27,122 nucleotides of DNA. It comes from a virus (lineage: Duplodnaviria > Caudoviricetes). Within the stretch, counting starts at the first letter, position 1; the number at the start of each line of letters is the position of its first letter. The notes beneath the pieces were generated by a model. That model saw nothing but the letters and a program-made list of their open reading frames with translations, was not told where the DNA came from and ran no database searches. This document shows positions 15,743 to 23,872 of the stretch, in pieces. Made by a program: the position numbers and the translations under genes. The stretch is from positions 1 to 27,122 of the IMG/VR virus record IMGVR_UViG_3300005662_000183, one strand, 5' to 3'.

Positions 15743-17025
15743 TATATACCGTACTTGTTAGGTTTACGTTTTGCAACAGGGCTTGTTTTATTAGTACTAT
15801 CTAACTCTTTACTGACCATATCGCCGTGATTTACATCTGTATAGTCTGCTCCAACTGCCTTAGCCGCTTTTTTGAACATTTCGTTTTCAATTTCTGTATA
15901 AGGGTGTACGGTTTTCTTTTTACCGTGCCAACTTTTTGCATCGATCTCAGGCACAGTTTTACCGTCAGTGGACGCCATGGCTTGTCCTAACTTAAATGCC
16001 ACATAATCACTGTTGGCCTTTTCTGCATCACTGTATATGCTTATGCCGCGGCTTGATTGGCTTTGTCGTTTAGATATTTTAGCTAATTTTGCTTCAGCCA
16101 TCATAGCTTGTTCAATTTCGTCAAGCGTTTCTTTTACCAGTCCAAATGCTTTTAGATTTTTATAAGGAGTAGACGCATTAACATCTACAGTAGTATTTTG
16201 ATCAGTAATAGTACCTACACCAGCCGCATCTTCATTTTTCTTAACAGCTTTAGCAGCCTTCCTAGCCATTGAAGCTAGTATTTGATCTTTGTAAGGCAGA
16301 AGGTATTTTGATACAAGATCAAAAAATGGCTTGCCCATCACAGGGGTTTCACTGCTAACACCAGCTGCCTGAGTAAACTTTTTTCTATTTCCTTCTAGTA
16401 CTGCGGCTCTGAGATCTGTAGCTGATGATATTCTATCAGCTTTTCGCCACTCAATACTTTTAAAATTATAGTATCCGTGTTTTGGATCAGCTATACCGTT
16501 TGACTTTTGAAGTCCTGGCACATAAACTAATTTGTCTTTTTCGTCAGTAACAACATACAGTTTTACTGGTCCGTGTTTTTTATAAACATATGAAGCTAGA
16601 GTCCACCAACCTTGTTCGGAAACAATGTGTCCTGCTACCCCTGGCCATATTGCTTTCATACATTCTATTTTAACATCAAGCGGTAATGGATCAGTTGGGC
16701 CAATGGTACCCGGATTAGTACCAACATACCAAATTGGACTTTCAGCGGCCTTGATCCACGCTTCTTTGTGGCCTACGTGCGGCGGATTAAAACGTCCAAA
16801 TATAATAGCAACTTCTTGGTCAGTTTCTTTTTCTTTTTCTTTTGTTTTTGCCTGAACCTTGGCGTTTGCCGCTATTTTTGTACCTACTCGCTGCCCAATT
16901 GACGGTGTAGTAGTCCCTGCCTTTGCAACATCATCACCTGCCTTTGCAACATCGTCAACAGCTCTAACACCTGGTTTTCCTAGTGCCAAACTTGCTTCTG
17001 TTGTAAAAAATTCTCTCAGTTTCAT
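15742..17025 (-). CDS. cytidylyltransferase/NMNAT-like (HxGH) nucleotidyltransferase fused to extra modules
   Basis: FGRFNPPHVGH and SSATDLR motifs; start MKLREFF at 17025; extra C-terminal region after KKNE. Confidence 0.8.
   Translation of the reverse strand: MKLREFFTTEASLALGKPGVRAVDDVAKAGDDVAKAGTTTPSIGQRVGTKIAANAKVQAKTKEKEKETDQEVAIIFGRFNPPHVGHKEAWIKAAESPIWYVGTNPGTIGPTDPLPLDVKIECMKAIWPGVAGHIVSEQGWWTLASYVYKKHGPVKLYVVTDEKDKLVYVPGLQKSNGIADPKHGYYNFKSIEWRKADRISSATDLRAAVLEGNRKKFTQAAGVSSETPVMGKPFFDLVSKYLLPYKDQILASMARKAAKAVKKNEDAAGVGTITDQNTTVDVNASTPYKNLKAFGLVKETLDEIEQAMMAEAKLAKISKRQSQSSRGISIYSDAEKANSDYVAFKLGQAMASTDGKTVPEIDAKSWHGKKKTVHPYTEIENEMFKKAAKAVGADYTDVNHGDMVSKELDSTNKTSPVAKRKPNKYGI
16916..16957. 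repeat. 21-bp tandem repeat x2 (DDVAKAG)
   Basis: cctgcctttgcaacatc at 16916 and 16937. Confidence 0.85.
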
Positions 17026-17027
17026 AA

Positions 17028-18260
17028 TTAATTTCCTGCTGGAACCCAAGTAGTTGGAACATATTTAACAGCACCAAATTTATGATGCTTCTGTGGATAA
17101 CGTACATGCCCTTCGCCGTTGGTGTCCCATATTTCTCGTCGGGGTTGCGACTTGATGGATGCATCTATGGCATCTTTAATATCTCGTATTTCTTTAATAA
17201 GGAAAAAGATAGCATCTAACCCACCGGGATGTTCTTGCACCATGTCAACGATGTGTCTTTGTTTTGAGGCACTTACGCCTTTCTTTTTCATCCACTCCAT
17301 GAAGTCGTGTCCAGACAGGTCGGCAAAGTTTCGTTGCCCCTTGGCATGTTCTCTACTCATTTGATTAAAGAATGGATAAAAAATTCCATTCTTATCTGCG
17401 TCAGGTAATGAACCTAGGAAGTTGTCAATAGTTGAACCGTATTGTTCTGCATATTCTATAGCCTGGTTAACTTCATCTAATACAGTTTGATCTACCTCGG
17501 GCGCTGATTCTGTGTATATAGGACCTTGAACAATCAGTCCAGGACTTTGATTAAACATTTCAAAGTCATCGAGTGGTTCTTGAGATGAATCATCCATACC
17601 AAACGTTGAGAAGTATCCGTGCCCTACGACCATTACCTTGGCCTGTGCAATTCTGTTACCTAATTCGCTACCTGCGTCTACATGATAACAGGTATTAGAT
17701 CTTGGATTAGGACAAAACGTATAAATTCCTTTGGGATATTCGGCACCGCCATCGTCGAGTTTCTTGTTCAATAGCGGGTCAACGCCGTAGAGTGCATCTG
17801 CGTAGACAAATCCCACAAAGTCTTTAGGCGTCGCCGCATCAAACAGTGGATAAAGATTGGCAAAGTTCTGCGCAAACTGATTACGTTTAGCAAGTTCCTC
17901 GGGAGTCTTTGCCGCGCCGCTTTGGTTAACAATGAAGTCGACAATCTCTTTAGGGCTTTCGGCCTTAACACCGCGCGACCATTGATTATGACCTACTAAG
18001 ATCAAAGGACCGTTCTTAACTTCTCTACCCCAATAGACTTGAGGATTACCGTCCCATTTGCGTCTTAATGAAGTACTGCCTGGTTTTTCGTCAACTATTT
18101 CTTTAAAATTATTCAATTGCTCCAGAGTACCTCGTTGACCCTTAAAGAAAACAAAGTGTTCTGGATGATTAAATGGACGTCCGTAACGATCCATACTATC
18201 ATCATCTGTAGCTTTTTGTTTCTTGGCTTCTGAAAAAGCAAATAGTTCTCTAAGTAGCAT
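17028..18260 (-). CDS. phage protein with ATP-dependent ligase/nucleotidyltransferase-like motifs (DUF6267-like)
   Basis: KWDG (motif I KxDG), EGHV (motif IV-like) and KYV (motif V-like); N-terminus MLLRELF; adjacent to the HxGH gene. Confidence 0.6.
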   Translation of the reverse strand: MLLRELFAFSEAKKQKATDDDSMDRYGRPFNHPEHFVFFKGQRGTLEQLNNFKEIVDEKPGSTSLRRKWDGNPQVYWGREVKNGPLILVGHNQWSRGVKAESPKEIVDFIVNQSGAAKTPEELAKRNQFAQNFANLYPLFDAATPKDFVGFVYADALYGVDPLLNKKLDDGGAEYPKGIYTFCPNPRSNTCYHVDAGSELGNRIAQAKVMVVGHGYFSTFGMDDSSQEPLDDFEMFNQSPGLIVQGPIYTESAPEVDQTVLDEVNQAIEYAEQYGSTIDNFLGSLPDADKNGIFYPFFNQMSREHAKGQRNFADLSGHDFMEWMKKKGVSASKQRHIVDMVQEHPGGLDAIFFLIKEIRDIKDAIDASIKSQPRREIWDTNGEGHVRYPQKHHKFGAVKYVPTTWVPAGN

Positions 18261-18613
18261 TATTTTTTACCAGTGCTAAACTCTTCAGTACATTTCTTAT
18301 AAAGTTCTAAACAAACTTTTTCTCGAACATCTTTAGGCAAACTAGATGGTAATTGTTTAATTGGAAATTCTTCTGTGTAGGCCTTATATGCTTCAAGCGC
18401 GGCGTTATTAAATAGGCTATGATTAGCCTTGCCGGTTTTCATAGCGGCTTTATGTTTAACTACTTGGGGGTATACGTGACGGCGGTACACGTCGTCATTA
18501 TTTTGCATATAAAACAGTAGGTCTTCAGCTATATCAAAGCCTGGATCTTCTTGTTTTCTGTTATTAAAGTGTAGATCTAAATCAATATTTTCTACTAGTT
18601 CGTTAATTCGCAT
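18260..18613 (-). CDS. hypothetical protein, probable capsid-internal protein
   Basis: MRINELVE N-terminus; helical; TAATG coupling. Confidence 0.72.
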   Translation of the reverse strand: MRINELVENIDLDLHFNNRKQEDPGFDIAEDLLFYMQNNDDVYRRHVYPQVVKHKAAMKTGKANHSLFNNAALEAYKAYTEEFPIKQLPSSLPKDVREKVCLELYKKCTEEFSTGKK

Positions 18614-18651
18614 GTTATAGCCCGTGATTGTACCAAGACAATGTCTTAGTG

Positions 18652-18658
18652 TATTTAT
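18652..18658 (-). promoter_or_regulatory. candidate late promoter ATAAATA heading the virion-protein cluster
   Basis: Lies in the 18614-18682 intergenic gap, 39 nt upstream of the ATG. Confidence 0.5.
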
Positions 18659-18682
18659 CTTAGGATAAAATCTGCGACTAAA

Positions 18683-19297
18683 CTATTTTTTGACAATAGT
18701 TTCTACTTTATTGATACTGCCGCCCAGCATCATTTTAGCCATTAGCAGTTGTTTTTCGCCTTTAACGTAGAAGTAGCTACCACCCCAACTCACTGATCTA
18801 AGCAACTGTTCTTTACAACTCTTAGTCAGTTTAATCTTATCGTTGGTATCAGCCCATTCTACAAAGCTATCTTGCCGCTTGTTACTTTTTCCTAAGGTAA
18901 CCCTAAAATCAAAGTCAATTTTAGGCATTATTATAGTATTCATTTCAACTGTACCGTTAGGAACACTTATATATTTTACTCTCTCTGGATCTATCTTAAT
19001 TAATAGGTCCATGTCTTGACGATTGTTTGTATAAAAGCTCAAGAACGGGCTTTCAACTCTAATATCAAAGTTTGACATCTTTAGGATAGACTTTGCTAGC
19101 CTAATGCAATAGTCAAAGTCTTCCTGTGTTTTAATTTTATTATAGGGGTTTTTAGTAACACCGATGCCAACATCTCGTATTCGATCCAATGCTTCGCTTA
19201 GATCTTTGCCTCTAAACCAACCAGCGGCAGGACATACCAGTACTGCCTTGTACTGATATTGTCCTTGGAATAAACGTCTAGTCTCTTTAGTCAGCAT
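18683..19297 (-). CDS. hypothetical protein (204 aa)
   Basis: ORF overlapping the ClpA stop; no motif recognised. Confidence 0.7.
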   Translation of the reverse strand: MLTKETRRLFQGQYQYKAVLVCPAAGWFRGKDLSEALDRIRDVGIGVTKNPYNKIKTQEDFDYCIRLAKSILKMSNFDIRVESPFLSFYTNNRQDMDLLIKIDPERVKYISVPNGTVEMNTIIMPKIDFDFRVTLGKSNKRQDSFVEWADTNDKIKLTKSCKEQLLRSVSWGGSYFYVKGEKQLLMAKMMLGGSINKVETIVKK

Positions 19298-21548
19298 TTT
19301 CTAAAACAGTAGTAGCGATCAGAGGTATCTTTGGAGTCTTACCTCTAGAAGACAAGAACAATTGATTGTCTGCTACAGTAATAGTCAACCATCCACCAAG
19401 CTTCAAATCACCAAACAGCATCATACGAGCAAGATCGCGTTTGATTTCTTTGTCAATGACACGTTGTAGAGGACGAGCCCCCATTTTACTATCAAAGCCT
19501 TTTTCAATCAACAACTCGATAGCATCCTTGTCAATCTTAATTCGAACGCCCTTTTCTTTAACCTGTTCTTTAAGCTCATCGATAAACTTAGTAACGATCT
19601 TGGTCATAGTAGACTTTTCAAGTTTGTTAAATGTAACAATACCGTCTAAGCGATTACGAAACTCTGGCGTAAAAAACTTTTTAAGATCTGTATCAGCATA
19701 TTCTTTTTCTTGCTTGCCAAAACCGATATTGTTCTTTTCAGCACTCTGCGCACCTGCATTAGTAGTAAGAATTAACAATAGGTTCCTGCAGTCTGCTTGT
19801 TTACCATTTGATCCTGTAATAAATCCATTATCCATCATTTGTAACAACACAGTAGTTACATCTGGGTGTGACTTTTCAACTTCGTCAAACAGTAGAACAG
19901 CGTTCGGGTTTTCTTGAATTTGCGTAATCAACTGACCTGCGTTTTCTTCAAAGCCAACATAACCCGGAGGACTACCGATCAGCTTACTGATACTGTGCTT
20001 CTCTTGGTACTCTGACATGTCAAAACGCAACAACTTAACACCCAAGTGCTTGGCTAGCGACTTGGCAGTTTCGGTCTTACCGCAACCAGTAGGCCCCATG
20101 AATACAAACGATCCAACAGGTTTGTTTTCAGGTTTCAATCCAGCTCGTGCAACTACAATTTTATCAACAACTTCTTGCACAGCAAGGTCTTGACCAAAGA
20201 CTTCGTCTTGTAGTCTTGTTTGCAATGTAGCAAGTCCGTCGCTTTCTTGCTCTGCTACAACTTCTTCTGGAATTTGAATCATCTTTGACAACTCGTATTC
20301 AATTTCTTTAGCCCCAACTACACGTTCGTCAGCAAGTTTTAAATTAAATCTAGAACATGCACAATCAATAAGATCGATTGCTTTATCGGGCAACTTCTTA
20401 TCTGCTTGGTATCGTACGCTTAATTTAATTGCAATTTGCAATGCTTCGTCTTTGATCTTGACATTATGATGAGTCTCGTAGTACTTCTTAATGCCTTTGA
20501 GAATCTGCAAGGTCATTTCTTGTGTAGGCTCGTCAACTGTAATGCGCTGGAACCTGCGCATCAACGCACGATCCTTTTCAAAGTGTTTACGATACTCTTC
20601 CCAGGTAGTCGACGCAACTACTTTAATGTTGCCTTTGCTTAGAGCCGGTTTCATCATGTTAGCAAGATCGTTAGCTGAGTTGCTAGCGGATCCTGCACCG
20701 GAGATCATATGTGCCTCGTCGATAAACAAGACAGTCTTACCTTTCTTGCCAAGCCCTTTAAGAACTGCTTTAAAACGTTCTTCAAAGTCTCCACGATACT
20801 TACTGCCAGCAAGCATAGCACTAATGTCTAGGTTATAAACTGTATAGTCTTTTAAGAAGTCTGGGACTGCACCTTTGACAATGTTGTAGGCAAGGCCTTC
20901 TGCAATGGCAGTCTTACCAACACCTGGGTCACCTACTAGGATAACGTTGTTTTTGCTACGGCGCCCCAGTGCTAGACTGATGTTTTCCAACTCGTCAATA
21001 CGACCAATAACAGGATCAACTGCACCTTTCTTAACCGCATCGTTAAGGTTTGTAGTAAAGGCCTTTAGTGCCTTAGTGCCAACTTGATCAGGCAAGTCTT
21101 CTTCTTCTGGTGCTTCGGATGCGTTGTTTAGGTAATCCGCAAACTTATCTTTGTCAATGCCAGCCTGCTGAATATAAAAGTATGCCCATGAACGTTTTTC
21201 ACCAATAATTGATAAAAATACGTCTGCAGGCTCAATACGTTGTCGACCATTAAATAGGACTTGAGTGAACGCACGGTTAAGTACACGTTCTACTGATTGA
21301 GTCTTCTTTGGCTTAACTACAACATCTTCAACTGTAATTTCTGCGCATTTATTTTTTAGATAGTGCTCGAGATTCTTTTTAATGTACTCGGGATCACTTC
21401 CGTATCCTTGCAGGCAGTTAGCGAATGACTCTTCGCAAAGCATGGCAAACAGCAAATGTTCTATGGTCAAATATTCATGACGCTGTTGTCTTGCACTCTC
21501 AATAGCTTTCTCAAAAACTGCTTGGAGACTATCGCTTGGTTCTACCAT
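19287..21548 (-). CDS. clpA: ATP-dependent Clp protease ATP-binding subunit ClpA
   Basis: Clp N-domain (HEYLTIEHLL), Walker A GDPGVGKT and GPTGCGKT, Walker B LFIDEAH and LLFDEVEK, pore loops KYRG and GYVG, ClpP-docking IGF, GARPL; no ClpB M-domain. Confidence 0.93.
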   Translation of the reverse strand: MVEPSDSLQAVFEKAIESARQQRHEYLTIEHLLFAMLCEESFANCLQGYGSDPEYIKKNLEHYLKNKCAEITVEDVVVKPKKTQSVERVLNRAFTQVLFNGRQRIEPADVFLSIIGEKRSWAYFYIQQAGIDKDKFADYLNNASEAPEEEDLPDQVGTKALKAFTTNLNDAVKKGAVDPVIGRIDELENISLALGRRSKNNVILVGDPGVGKTAIAEGLAYNIVKGAVPDFLKDYTVYNLDISAMLAGSKYRGDFEERFKAVLKGLGKKGKTVLFIDEAHMISGAGSASNSANDLANMMKPALSKGNIKVVASTTWEEYRKHFEKDRALMRRFQRITVDEPTQEMTLQILKGIKKYYETHHNVKIKDEALQIAIKLSVRYQADKKLPDKAIDLIDCACSRFNLKLADERVVGAKEIEYELSKMIQIPEEVVAEQESDGLATLQTRLQDEVFGQDLAVQEVVDKIVVARAGLKPENKPVGSFVFMGPTGCGKTETAKSLAKHLGVKLLRFDMSEYQEKHSISKLIGSPPGYVGFEENAGQLITQIQENPNAVLLFDEVEKSHPDVTTVLLQMMDNGFITGSNGKQADCRNLLLILTTNAGAQSAEKNNIGFGKQEKEYADTDLKKFFTPEFRNRLDGIVTFNKLEKSTMTKIVTKFIDELKEQVKEKGVRIKIDKDAIELLIEKGFDSKMGARPLQRVIDKEIKRDLARMMLFGDLKLGGWLTITVADNQLFLSSRGKTPKIPLIATTVLENAD

Positions 21549-21557
21549 ATATTTCCT

Positions 21558-22415
21558 TTATCTATGATTAATTTCGTGATCAATTAATTTTAATTTTTCG
21601 ATCAGTGCCGGGTCTGTTATCTCTGGTGTTCTAATTCTAATTTCAGCTATTAGCCTTCCACGCATAGTGTTATTGACGTTTGTAAATCCATAACCCGAAA
21701 CAGCGTATTCGACACCAGTCTCAACTCCAGGGCGAACGTCTATAGCTATACTTTGTCCATTAATGGATGTAACTGCTTTTCTACATCCAATCATTGCGTC
21801 AATTGGACTTATATCTAAATGAGTATACAGATCGTTGCCCTCTCGTCTAAACTTAGCATCTGGCATTACTAGTATTGTAACATTTAAATCTCCTCTTTGC
21901 AACTGAGGATGGCTATCATCACCGAGTCCCTGGTATCTAATAGTAGCACCGTGCTCCACACCGGGCGGCACATTAATGATTACACTTTGTAGTCGTCCAC
22001 TAGGTAATTGGTAACTGGCTTCTAATTGTTTGCCAGTATAACTATCTAGCAACGTTATTTGACATTGAATATTTAAATCACGATTTTTTCTAACTCGTTG
22101 TCTGCCAAATATATCAGCAAATGGACTTTGAGCACCAAACGGCGGAACACCACCAAACATATCGGAGAAGTCTTGCCAGCCATCGCTAGAAGTAAATCTA
22201 AATTGACTTCCGCCGCCGTTTCGCATTTGATCGTATTCGGCTCGTTTCTGCTGATCGCTTAGTGTAGCGTAAGCACTTTGAATTTCTTTAAATTTGGAAT
22301 CGTTGCCCCCATTTCTGTCAGGATGATGTTTCATAGCCAAGCTTCTATAAGCCTGCTTGATTTCGTCCTGACTAGCAGTCGGGTCAATTCCTAGGGTTCG
22401 ATATAAGTCTGACAT
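21558..22415 (-). CDS. DnaJ-class co-chaperone (class B/CbpA-like, no zinc finger)
   Basis: J-domain with HPD, G/F-rich linker with DIF, C-terminal GDLNV...FRREGNDLY domain; no CxxCxGxG repeats. Confidence 0.92.
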   Translation of the reverse strand: MSDLYRTLGIDPTASQDEIKQAYRSLAMKHHPDRNGGNDSKFKEIQSAYATLSDQQKRAEYDQMRNGGGSQFRFTSSDGWQDFSDMFGGVPPFGAQSPFADIFGRQRVRKNRDLNIQCQITLLDSYTGKQLEASYQLPSGRLQSVIINVPPGVEHGATIRYQGLGDDSHPQLQRGDLNVTILVMPDAKFRREGNDLYTHLDISPIDAMIGCRKAVTSINGQSIAIDVRPGVETGVEYAVSGYGFTNVNNTMRGRLIAEIRIRTPEITDPALIEKLKLIDHEINHR

Positions 22416-22421
22416 AGTCGT

Positions 22422-22470
22422 AAAAATAGGGTAAGATTATTAAGTAATTATACTTTCTTAATCTTACCCT
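22422..22470 (-). terminator. 12-bp inverted repeat + U-tract; probable terminator of the lysis transcript enclosing the promoter
   Basis: AGGGTAAGATTA (22470-22459) / TAATCTTACCCT (22439-22428), followed by ATTTTT on the minus strand. Confidence 0.6.
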
Positions 22471-22475
22471 GTCAA
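22447..22475 (-). promoter_or_regulatory. perfect sigma70 promoter TTGACA-N17-TATAAT for dnaJ-clpA
   Basis: -35 at 22475-22470, -10 at 22452-22447. Confidence 0.9.
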
Positions 22476-22487
22476 GAGAGTGGTTGA

Positions 22488-22712
22488 TTACTTTTTCTTT
22501 TCTGGAACTGCTGTGCCTTCGTGTTTCTTGTGCTTTTTGACTTCTTTACAATCTTGCTTGGGTTTCTTTGTCTTTGGATCTATTACGGGCTTGCCGTCTT
22601 TGCCTTGAATATCTACACAGACCCTTACAGTTTCTGCCTTTTTCTCTTCTGCTGCCTGTGCAGGGAATGCTAGAGCTAATGCTAGACCTGCTACGAAAAT
22701 TAAATGTTTCAT
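22488..22712 (-). CDS. small secreted Lys-rich protein
   Basis: Signal peptide MKHLIFVAGLALALAFPAQA|A; two Cys; AAGGAG SD. Confidence 0.75.
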   Translation of the reverse strand: MKHLIFVAGLALALAFPAQAAEEKKAETVRVCVDIQGKDGKPVIDPKTKKPKQDCKEVKKHKKHEGTAVPEKKK

Positions 22713-22727
22713 ATTCGAACTCTCCTT

Positions 22728-23249
22728 TTATAGTTCTGGTTGATCTGGTTGAGCAGGCATCGGTTTGCCTGTGCTACTGATCATTGGTTTTGCTGACGCA
22801 ACTGGTGCGCTAAATGCTGGTGTTGCAACTGGTGTTGTTCCCCAACTTGGTGCTGGAGAAAAACTTGTGCTAGGTGCTGGAGAACCGAAGCCCCCTGTCG
22901 CGGCACCAAATCCTGGCGCAGGTGTGCTAGGTGCTGTAACGTTGCTTGATGGTAATTGTGCTCCGCCATTGTTTGCTCCGCCTAATTTTTCTTGTGTACG
23001 ACCGAATGCCGCAATACCTAAAACTGCACCCATTGCAATGTGGAACAGACCAGCACCTTGTAAGGTTAGTGGATTCCATTGCGTGATAGGATGTCCTGTT
23101 GTAGTTTGTAACAAACTCCACAATACTGGAAATACTACCATGTCCATGGTACAGACTAGCATGTACATCCAGCCCATCATTGGACGCCATTTAGCGTTCA
23201 TCCAATCTTCTTTTTTCTTTTCGCTTGCGCTTTTAACTTCTTCTGTCAT
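22728..23249 (-). CDS. putative holin (3TM/GTA-holin-like) with low-complexity C-terminal tail
   Basis: WRPMMGW motif, hydrophobic segments, GAVLGIAAFGRTQEK; lysis-region context. Confidence 0.65.
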   Translation of the reverse strand: MTEEVKSASEKKKEDWMNAKWRPMMGWMYMLVCTMDMVVFPVLWSLLQTTTGHPITQWNPLTLQGAGLFHIAMGAVLGIAAFGRTQEKLGGANNGGAQLPSSNVTAPSTPAPGFGAATGGFGSPAPSTSFSPAPSWGTTPVATPAFSAPVASAKPMISSTGKPMPAQPDQPEL

Positions 23250-23276
23250 TTTTCGCTCCTGACGATTTAAATTATT

Positions 23277-23840
23277 TTAGAACCAAAGGAATAAACCGTT
23301 GAGACTCAACAGTATTCCAACTCCTGCAACTGCAAAACTACCCCAGAACATGGCCATGCTAACTGCAAGAATACTTGCTGATAGCACAACAATGGCTAGT
23401 TGGTATGCTGTACTTGCATAACCAATCCACGGACTAGACTTTTTAGCCTCTTCACGAGCGGCTTCCATAGCCCTTGCCTTTTCAGCAATTTCATTCTTGT
23501 CAGCATCCATACGCTCTTTCTCGGCCATGAACTCTGCTTTGACTTTTGGATCGCTAGTTGTCTTAGCGGCAATTTCGTAGCTAACGCCACGACCTGCTTT
23601 AGCTTGATATTGTGCCCATGTGTTATTAGCACCTAGTGTATTGTTTAATACTGTGCTGGATAACTTGCCACCGTACCATGCATTAACGGCCAAGAACAAC
23701 GCAAATACGGAAATAACCATACCTGCTTTGTCCTTAATCTTTGCTTCACGTTCTGAGCGTGAACCTGGCACTGGCTTGGGTGCATCCGGATCTTTTACTT
23801 CTTTAGTAAAAATTTTTAAAACTGAATCTACTACGCTCAT
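23277..23840 (-). CDS. DUF4337-like membrane protein
   Basis: TM segment, NNTWAQYQAK, coiled coil, then YQLAIVVLSASIL and a terminal TM segment. Confidence 0.65.
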   Translation of the reverse strand: MSVVDSVLKIFTKEVKDPDAPKPVPGSRSEREAKIKDKAGMVISVFALFLAVNAWYGGKLSSTVLNNTLGANNTWAQYQAKAGRGVSYEIAAKTTSDPKVKAEFMAEKERMDADKNEIAEKARAMEAAREEAKKSSPWIGYASTAYQLAIVVLSASILAVSMAMFWGSFAVAGVGILLSLNGLFLWF

Positions 23841-23865
23841 ATTGCGCTCCTACTTAATGTACTAC

Positions 23866-23872
23866 TATTTAT
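23866..23872 (-). promoter_or_regulatory. candidate late promoter ATAAATA
   Basis: 26 nt upstream of the ATG at 23840, overlapping the radical SAM stop codon. Confidence 0.45.

Noticed and set aside
22428-22470. CIRCE or HAIR heat-shock operator upstream of dnaJ
   Set aside because: Arm sequence and spacing match neither TTAGCACTC-N9-GAGTGCTAA nor CTTGAGT-N7-ACTCAAG.
503-23632. Short minus-strand ORFs nested out of frame (e.g. 503-727, 1724-1957, 5006-5224, 6011-6229, 22927-23190)
   Set aside because: They lie within longer genes that have clear motifs or coupling, and have no independent support.
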